64,000 nt of DNA from the human T2T-CHM13v2.0 reference genome, Homo sapiens. The position numbers and the translations under genes are program-made. The notes under the pieces are model-generated. The model was not told the DNA's origin. It saw only the letters and a list, made by a program, of their open reading frames with translations, and made no database searches. The stretch lies in assembly GCF_009914755.1 (NCBI RefSeq), contig NC_060931.1; one strand, 5' to 3'. Below are positions 40,246 through 64,000 of this stretch, in pieces (positions within the stretch are counted from its first letter, which is position 1; every line of letters begins with the position of its first letter).

Positions 40246-43200
40246 ATGCAGGACTGATTTTATGCACATACCACACAGCCTCACGTATACACTATTGTTG
40301 TACATAAACTGTTACTTGTGTAGGAACTCTCATTGTTGTTGTTCCAGTGAAATTCTACTCAATCTTTAAGCCCAATGTCAAAAGTCACTCTGATTCCATT
40401 TCTGAGGAAGAATTAATGATTCCTCCTGTACTTCCATAATACTTCCTTGGAGATTAAGATTTCAACTTGTACTCATGGTTCCACCTTTGTATCACTATGC
40501 AATGCAGTAATCTCCATTTGACAAATCAGGAAACAGTCAGAAAGATCATGCCAGAAATTACATGATTCCTAAAAGTTGGAGTGTGGAACTCCAACCTAGC
40601 CCTCTTAAAAATCTACTTTGCCCAATAAATCAGATATCCTCAACCTGAACTGACTATGTATCTGCTATATTAAATAATTAAAGACCAACTGGCCTAAATA
40701 AATGCCCTGCTATTCAGAGAACCAGCACTGCAATGTGGAACAGATCTACCTGCCTTATAAGCAAGAAGTCCAGTTTCTCCTTCTTCAGGCTCTTCACTCC
40801 TCTGGACTGTTCATAATCATGAGGGTTTCACAAACCAAAACAAGAACCTTACAAACTTCCACACTCAAGCCTGCAAAGACCCAGTATCTCAAGTAAGCAC
40901 TTCCATTGGGTCTTGTTGCAGCATGGTGGACAATGGAATGTGGCCCCACAGTCTATTAGTCAATATTGGTCTCCTGCTATGGTCATCTCACTGCTCTAGA
41001 TGCTTTCCAGCTGTTCTTCAAGGAAGCACACTGAAGCAGTAAGTGCTCAGTCCTTTCAGTCTCCTACACAGTCAACTCAGGGTGTTCTTAGTTCCAGGCA
41101 GCAGGACAGAATGGTTCAAGCACCTGTCACTTCGTATGAGTAGTGCTCTTTTTCCTTCCCTTCCTTTGCTTCTTATCCCCATCTCTTGAGCCATCATGTC
41201 AATATCACACTGGTTGTTCTTTTTAACTCTATTTACAGGTATGAATCTCAGCCCACAAATTCAGGTGAGCAAGAAATCTACAGTCTTTACATTATAAAAC
41301 TTTATTTTTTGTTGTAAGAGCCGCCTTTCTCGCATGACTAGTGGGAAACTTAAACTCAGTCCCATTCATGATTTTCTGTCCCTTAGTGGGTTCTCAGAGA
41401 GTGCCTTGGGATTAAGGAGTGGGATCTCTCTTATCCTTAAGCATCTGTCCACACACAGACAGCTACTGAGACACCCTCTGTCTTTCTCCACACGGCCCCT
41501 CTGGCATGCTGGCTCACTCCTGCCAGGCACACTTGGGACATAAAACCTTTCTCTGAGTTTGTCCATGGAAACCATCTTCTCAAATACCCCATACAGTCAT
41601 TTCCTCTCAGGGGTTTTCCAACACTCAACCTTACTTCTGTTGACTGAGGCCTTGGTCTCTACCACACAGGGACTTTTACAAACTATCTTGCTTTCTCCTT
41701 GCAAGTGGAGACACATCTCTCTAGTCTTACAGGCTTTAGTCCAGCTCTCCCTACTGCTTCTGGCCAAGATACTCTGTCCAGCCTGCCAATTCTCTCTTTT
41801 CTGTGGGGCTTTTAAAGGACAGATAAACTAACTAATAAAAAGCCAGAAATATTGGAGTGCCATTTGTTCTTTCTGCTTTTTAACACCCTTTCCCTGAGTT
41901 GAATGAGAGGAAGAGATCCCTGAGTTGAATGAGAGGAAGAGAATCAGAGATTCAGGGAGAAAACAATTCTAGATTAATATTACAAATGATTTCTCCAGAT
42001 ATACCTAGAAACACAAAGAAATAATTATAGCCATTTCATCCCATTGGGGTTGTTAACTCTGTCCTTACTCTACTTAAGCTAATATCCTAAATCCTTGTGC
42101 ACTAATATCCTCTTTATATCCCACTTCCTCTCCAAAATATATCCTCTTTCCCTGCTCCTGTTCTTGTAGGAGTAATTCCAGAAGGCCCTGACCATCGCTC
42201 CCCTTTTAGGGAGGAATTGCTCCCTAAAAGTCCAAGGTGGTTTTCTGGCTACAAATGTATTCTCTAATGGGATAGTCTACATGAAACAACAGAAAACAAA
42301 ATTAAATGTGTCAATTGATGTAACTTGATAAACCTTAATATCAACATATTTGCTACCAAAGGATGTGGAAAAAGGAGCAGGTGGAGATTAACCAGTGATT
42401 AGGAAACAAAATTCTGAGTCAGAACCTGGTCTTCTGTTTCAAACTTTATCCCTTCATCATAAAATACATGCATGTTTCTAGATAACGCAACCCTTTACTC
42501 TTTTCCAAAAGGGGAAAAATATCTCTGTGAGTGTCTATTCCTAAATTCTAACAAGTGTCATCTTAGAAAACAAACAAAAAAAAATTAGAAAATTGCTGAA
42601 CAATCCTGCTAGCTGCTATTCAGTTATGAAGATCATAGTCATTCTGTTCGTGAGATACTCTAGAGATGTTATTCAGAGGCTGCTTAGGAGAAAAAAAAGA
42701 AAAATGCAAACTGTTAGATCTCAGTTAAATAACTGAGTTTATTGCAATTTAAGCTAATAGTTATTCAGTATTCAGTCAACTATTTGGTGCAAACAAATAA
42801 ATATTCTTCCACTTGTTAGTCCCTAGGGGCTTTCTTAATCCTATCTGAATTTACTTTCTGTGAATTTCTGAGTAATCAGAAGTTATAGGTTGGATACATC
42901 TTGTGCTAGGGACACCCATGGTGTAACTGCTTCATTTTTTCTTTTCATTTCAAAGGAAATGGTCCATCCAAAGTGAAAATTGTTGTGTTTTATTTTTTTT
43001 TTTGGTGGTAGAGTATATTTTCCTCTTTGTTGGTGTTGTTATTGTTGCTGTTGTTTTAATCAGATAGTTATTTCAAACAGAAGCAATCAAGTTCCTTTTT
43101 TCACTGCCATCTCCCTCTACCCTTCCTACTCAATCCATGCTGTTAAGAAAATATCCTTGTTAGTAATGTGACATAAAGCAGCCTTAAAAATCCATAATTC

Positions 43201-48050
<4,850 letters not shown>

Positions 48051-48448
48051 CCAAGCGTGCTTTGCTTTTCTTTCTCTCTCTTTTTTTTTTTTTTGGAGGC
48101 GGATTCTCGCTCTGTCAGCCATGCCGGAGTGTAAATGGCGCGATCTTGGCTCACTGCAACCTCCGCCTCCCAGGTTTTGAGAGATTCTCCTGCCTCAGCC
48201 TGCTGAGTAGCTGGGATTACAGTTGCGTACCATCACAGCCAGCTAATTTTTGTATTTTTAGTAGAGATGGGGGTTTTGCCCTGTTGGCCAGGCTGGTCTG
48301 AAACTCCTGACCTCAGGTGATCCACCCACCTCAGCCTCCCAAAGTGTTGGGATTACAGGCATAAGCCACCGCACCAGGCTTGATCCCTTTTCTTGAACAA
48401 CTTATATATCCCAAAGCAACACACCAGAATATTCATTTACAATGAGAA

Positions 48449-48655
48449 TGAAACTATCCCCACAGGAGCAACAAGAACTGCATGCTGGGTTCTGGACAGA
48501 AATAGAGTTATAATTAAGCATTCATCAGGCTGCATTTTGGCCCACTTCCTTGTTGCTAAAAGTCAGGTGGCACTAGTTCCTGACCATTGCATACCATTGT
48601 TCCTATAGATAGGATTTCTGACATTAGAGTCAGAAGACTGTTTTAAGAATTTATT
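48449..48655 (+). mobile_element. 5' part of an ERV1 MER4-group LTR
   Basis: TGAAACTATCCCCACAGG...GGTTCTGGACAGAAATAGAGTTATAATTAAGCATT..CAGGCTGCATTTTGGCCCACTTCCTTG. Confidence 0.65.
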
Positions 48656-49300
48656 TGGGGATCTTCTGGGGCTGTATCACAGGGGGAAAAGTGAAATTAA
48701 AAAAAAAAAAAACACAATCAATTTGGGCTGGGCGCGGTGGCTCACACCTGTAATTCCAGCACTTTGGGAGGCTGAGGTGGAGGGATCTCTTGAGCCCAAG
48801 AGTTAGAGACCAGCCTGGCCAACATAGTGCAACTCCATCTCTACCAAACAAAATATAAAAATTAGCCAGGCATGGTGGTGAGTGCCTGTATTCCCAGCTC
48901 CAGAGGCTGAGGTGGGAGGATCACTTGAGCCCAGGAGTTGGAGGCTGCAGTGAGATATGATCCAGCTACTGCACTCTAGCCAGGGCAACAGAGCAAGACC
49001 CCAACTCAAAAAGAAAAAAAAAAGGAATTTAGATTAAAAAAGAAAAAGGGCTCGAGTTTGAATGCAGTGGCTCAAGCCTATAATCCCAGCACTCTAAGAG
49101 GCTGAGGTAGGAAGATCGCTTGAGCTCAGGAGTGCCAGGCTGCAGTGAGCCGTGATCATATCACTGCACTCTAGCCTGGACAACAGAGTGAGACCTTGTC
49201 TCTAAAACAAAACAAAACAAAACAAAACTTGAGAATGGGCCAGACGCGGTGGCTCACGCCTGTAATCCCAGCACTTTGGGAGGCCAAGGCGGGTGGATCA

Positions 49301-50427
<1,127 letters not shown>

Positions 50428-50853
50428 ATAGTAGAAGTTAAAAAAAAAAAATAACTTCTTTAACTCCACTCCAGGTGGCATTTCTTAGTGCCTCTGAAGG
50501 TTCTGATCTAGAACCAGCCCCCAGCTCACCCAGAGCAAGGAAAGATCATGAAAACCCAAGCAGAAGCAAGACACTGGGTTCCAGCATCAATGCTAAGGGC
50601 TAGAACATTTTCTGATGTTTTGCTTGGAAAGGCAGAATTTGGTTGTCTAGTGCGTCCACTAATTGGCCTCCATCTGACACCCTGGAGGGATGGGCTGATT
50701 AGAAGCCACAGCTGCTTTGCTCATTATTTCTGATGAATGGACATCACCTGGCGTCTCCGGTGATGGCGCCAGCTCAGGACCCAGGTGTGACCTGCACAAC
50801 AAAGAAAAGCAAGATAGCTTTGCAGCCAACATGGTGAAACCCCATCTCTATTA

Positions 50854-51089
<236 letters not shown>

Positions 51090-51097
51090 TTATCTTA

Positions 51098-51420
<323 letters not shown>

Positions 51421-51511
51421 TCAAAAACAAAAGAAAAGGCTCACCCTTTTCACTGGTTCCCTTGTGGCAAATCTAAAATAAGGTACGTGTGCTCGCCGTT
51501 CATTCATCTGA

Positions 51512-51821
<310 letters not shown>

Positions 51822-51868
51822 TGATCCGCCCGCCTCAGCCTCCCAAAGTGCTAGGATTACAGGCATGA

Positions 51869-52737
<869 letters not shown>

Positions 52738-53274
52738 TGATCCTCCCACCTTGGCCTCCCAAAGTGCTGGGATTAGAGGCATGAGCCACTGCGCCCAGCT
52801 GACAGCCCTCTCTAAATCTTTAAAAATTCAGTCAGGCGTGGTGGCTCATGGCTGTAATCTCAGCACTTTAGGAGGCTGAGGCAAGAGGAATGTGTGAGCC
52901 CAGGAGTTTGAGACCAACTTGGGCAATATGGTGAGACCCTATCTTGACAGAAAATACAAAAATCAGCCTGGCATGGTGGTGCACGCTTGTAGTCCCAGCT
53001 ACTCAGGAGGCTGAGGCAGGAAGATCACTTGAACCCAGGAGGTCGAGGCTGCAGTGAGCTATGATCACGCCACTGTACTCCAGCCTGGGAGACACTGTCT
53101 CAAAAAATAAATAAATAAAATCTTTAACAATTCTTCAGCTTATCCCCCTACCTTCTGGGGCTTCTTGGGTCTCTTCCCAGAAACTTTCTTTGTCTGTAAG
53201 CCCGTTTATTGTATGCAATTGTTTAAAAAACACAAATGGGTGCATATTCTCATATTCTCTACCCTCTATTTTGA

Positions 53275-53616
<342 letters not shown>

Positions 53617-54166
53617 TGAGTCTTCCTCATTCCTTCTAGGGCTACCTAGTGTTCCGGGGTTATTTAACCAGCCCCCTCCTACCAGGCAGTTCTTTTGTCT
53701 CTGGCCCTTTGCTACGTATATTAGTTTAAAGTTCACTTTGCAAGTGGCCAAGCCTGTTTCCCTCATTTCCAGGTTCCCAGGGGGCAGACATCCTGCTGCA
53801 ATTTCAGAAGTCAGCACACTCTTCTCTCTCCTGTCTAAAATACAAAAGTCCATGCCCCCCACTCTCCCTCTTGATACTGTCCTATTTTACTTCTTTTCAC
53901 AACCAGAACTCTTTATTTTTCCCAAATAAAAATAGTCCGTCTTTTCAGATTTTAAAAATGGAACTCTGGCCGGATGCGGTGGCCCTCACCTGTAATCCCA
54001 GCACTTTGGAAGGCTGCAGTGGGCAGATTACCTGAGGTCAGGAGTTTGAGATCAGCCTGGCTGACATGGTGAAACTCTGTCTCTACTAAAAATACAAAAA
54101 TTAGCCCGGATGCGGTGGCTCACATCTGTAATCCCAGTACTTTGGGAGACCGAGGTGGGCAGATCA

Positions 54167-54463
<297 letters not shown>

Positions 54464-55089
54464 TCACTTGAACCTGGGAGGCGGAGGTTGCAGTGAGCCG
54501 AGATTGTGCCATTTCACTCCAGCCTGGACAACAAGAGCAAAACTCGTCTCAAAAAAAAAAAAAAAAAAAGGAAAATAAAAATCCCTGATAAAGGATCAAT
54601 GACCTTAGGATAATGTCATTCCAGGTAAGTATCTTTAACTGGGTACTTGGTCCTCCAAGATTCAGAGGACCTTGATCCCCCTGAAACTGTATACATAATA
54701 TTCAACATACATAGTATGTGCACACATGTGCAAACACTCACATTATCTAAAATTCATCATAATCTTACCCCGGCTTCTCCCCATACTCCTCAGATCCTGC
54801 TATAGCCTAGTGCATTTTCTCCTTCCTCACTCCCTTCCCTCCATGTGTCCTCTGCCCTGGCCACCAGGAACTTTGTGCTGCCTCCGGAGTGCATGAGGCA
54901 CTTTCACATCTCTCTTGCTTTACAAGAGCTTCCCTATGCTCCAACTGGCAAATTTCTCTATGGACTGAAAAACCCACATAGCCTTTATCTGTCTTGTGAT
55001 GTCTTCTCCCCACCCTCAAGTTAGGCATACCCTTCTATGCCCTCCTTTATCCAAACATTTTCCCCACTATATCGTAATTGTGTGTTTAA

Positions 55090-55597
<508 letters not shown>

Positions 55598-55738
55598 TGA
55601 TCCGCCCGCCTCGGCCTCCCAGAGTGCTGGGATTACAGGCGTGAGCCACTGCGCCCGGCCTCCACACCCAGTTAATTTTTGTATTTTTAGTAGAGACGGG
55701 GTTTCACCATGTTGGCCAGGATGGTCTCAATCTCTTGA

Positions 55739-56048
<310 letters not shown>

Positions 56049-56653
56049 TGATGGCCAGGCTGGTCTGGAACTCCCGACCTCAGGTGATCCGCCCACCTCT
56101 GCCTCTCAAAGTGCAGGGATTACAGGCATGAGCCACTGCGCCCAGCCAAGAAACCATTTCTGATTCACCTATTCACTCCCGCACTCCCACTACACAGTAG
56201 CTAAATAAATAAATAAATATTAAAAATAAATAGGAAAGAAAGAGAGAAAAAAAGAAAAGAAAAAGACAAAAATTTAAATTTAAAAAGGTTGTGCTCGATG
56301 GCTCACACTTGCAACCCCAGTGCTTTGGGAGGCTGAATGAAGCAAGAGGATCGCTTGAGGCCAGGAGTTTGAGATCGGCCTGAGCAACGTTGCAGCATTG
56401 CAAAACCCCCATCTGTACAAAAAAGAAAAATAAAATTAATTTTAAAAACAAAAAAAGAGAAACAGTAGCACATGTATGTACTGGCACCATGTATGTACTA
56501 GTAAAAACTAGTTAAAATTAAGTCAGTAATTAATGAAGGAATAAGTCAATGAGTGAGCAGGCGAAGGAAGAAAACATAGACCGGAGCAGGTGCGCCTTGG
56601 GTTGAGCCCTTCCCCGCTGAGCCCCGCCTTCTGCCCGCCCCTGGGCCCTACCG

Positions 56654-56677
56654 GGACTACATTTCCCAGAAGGCCGC
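56654..56677 (+). promoter_or_regulatory. ZNF143/THAP11 SBS motif (GGACTACATTTCCCAGAAGGCCGC)
   Basis: Matches the ACTACAnnTCCCA(G)AAnGC consensus, ~50-60 bp upstream of the TSS, the usual position. Confidence 0.8.
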
Positions 56678-56683
56678 ACGCCC

Positions 56684-56695
56684 CGGGCATGCGCA
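56684..56695 (+). promoter_or_regulatory. NRF1-like site (CGGGCATGCGCA)
   Basis: Near match to TGCGCATGCGCA between the SBS and the TSS. Confidence 0.6.
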
Positions 56696-56719
56696 GCGGC
56701 TCGCTCGGAAGCTGCGACG

Positions 56720-56849
56720 CCGAGTTTCACTCTGGCTGCCTTCTCCTGAGAGTCGGAGCCACAGCCAGAGCCCTGCCCAGGCCGAGCCGGAGCTGCAGCC
56801 CGAGCGCGGTGGTGCCCTCAGCCCCGTCCTCTTGTCCTCCTCAGCCTCG
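56720..56849 (+). other. Non-coding exon 1 (5'UTR); TSS approximate
   Basis: Just downstream of ZNF143/NRF1/GC-box motifs; ends at donor TCG|GTGAGA (GT at 56850-56851); contains no ATG. Confidence 0.75.
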
Positions 56850-57796
56850 GTGAGAGGGCGGGAAGGCCACCTGCGCGTCGCTAGGGCTGCGGTCCCAGGG
56901 GCGCGGGGTGGCGCGGGGAGCCGGAGCCTAGCTGGGACCGGAAGGGGGCGGGCGTGGGTGTGAGGGGGACCGACGGCCGGGGCGGCGGGGACACCCGGGG
57001 GTCCCGGGAGATCGGGGGTGTCGGGGGGATCGGTCTCCGGGATCAAGGTCCTGAGGGCGAGAGTTGGGGGACTTGGGAGGCGCCGGCAGCTTTGGACGGG
57101 ACAGGGTGCCGGGTGCGAAAGGGGACGTTCGGATGAAGGCTGAGGGGCTCGCAGGCGGAGGGGCGCGGTTCCGGGTCGCTCGGAAGGCGCGCACCCCTTC
57201 CCAAAGTACCCAGAGGAGGGGGTGACGAGATTGCCACCGGCTCCCTGACGAGGGGTTGGTCCTGCTGGGGTCTACCCCCAGGTGAAGGGACTCACTGGGC
57301 CGGGGGTTGTACTTTGGAGGAGTTTGCTTCCTAACTCTGCTTCCCTGCTTTCCTGTGGGGGGTCTTCCCAGGAGTTCCTGGGGCCCTGGGTCACTTTTTG
57401 GGGTGCGTAAGGGGTGCCGAAAAAGATTTAGAACTCGGTTCCCTTTTCTGGAGCTGCGCTTTCATCGCGACTGTCTCAGCCAGCTGCCCTCCTCCTCCAA
57501 GCTGGCTCCACTTCTCTAAGCGCCAACAGCGATGGAAATAAATAGCATGTGTACAGACGCCTGGACCCTTGAGAAACTCAGAATATTTCTGCATGCCTTC
57601 CTAGCTCCTCTAGCGCTCTAGAAGGTAGACTTTCTGGTAGCCACCATCCGGGCTTAAGCCATCCGGATAGCAAGCCCTCTGATTCGGTTGCTCTGTGACC
57701 TTAAATATTTACCCTCTCTGGTGTGTTGATTTCCTGGATGCTTAGCTGCCAGACTGGCTTATGAAGTCCTTTTAGAGTTTTCTGTAAAAGGGCTCA

Positions 57797-64000
<6,204 letters not shown>

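Larger units (their letters stand above)
56570..57480. promoter_or_regulatory. CpG island / TATA-less promoter
   Basis: Very high GC and dense CpG, the only such non-Alu stretch in the window; GC boxes CCCCGCC (56622-56628) and CCCGCCC (56634-56640). Confidence 0.92.

Noticed and set aside
50466-50780. CTCF-like motifs and a minus-strand donor-like site (TGG|GTGAGC near 50530) in a short unique island
   Set aside because: Motif matches have core mismatches and no partner exon is identifiable.
56530-57519. Pro/Gly/Arg-rich ORFs over the CpG island
   Set aside because: Stop-codon depletion from high GC; they cross the exon 1 donor and resemble no protein family.

Overview
Human (or great-ape) genomic DNA with no credible protein-coding exon. 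The six-frame ORFs are Alu-, LTR- or chance-derived. The window has two domains. (1) 1 to ~43.2 kb is AT-rich, gene-desert-like sequence with mostly ancient repeats (MIR, L2, old L1M, MLT1/THE1, MER2/Tigger2a, MER58A/MER5A/Charlie) and only ~6 Alu-family elements. (2) ~43.2-64 kb is a GC-richer block, roughly half Alu (35+ Alu pieces), with an Alu-shredded ERV1 internal segment, a MER41A solo LTR and a CpG-island promoter at ~56.6-57.5 kb. The promoter drives a + strand transcript with two non-coding exons (56720-56849 and 58558-58722) that I recognise from memory as the DTX2 5'UTR exons. At the parental locus ZP3 should lie ~20 kb upstream, but it is absent here and an abrupt junction sits inside an Alu cluster. 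The window is therefore most likely the 7q11.23 segmental-duplication copy (DTX2P1, 5' end of the DTX2P1-UPK3BP1-PMS2P11 read-through) plus the upstream desert. I found no evidence of a new multi-gene system. The best leads are the duplication junction, the regulatory architecture of exon 2 (strong-Kozak uORF, MARE/ARE, flanking inverted Alus), paired RBPJ sites in intron 2, a pre-miRNA-sized hairpin at 17.1 kb and a decayed L2-derived minisatellite at 36.9 kb. Repeat subfamily calls and the gene identity are from recall and were not checked by alignment.
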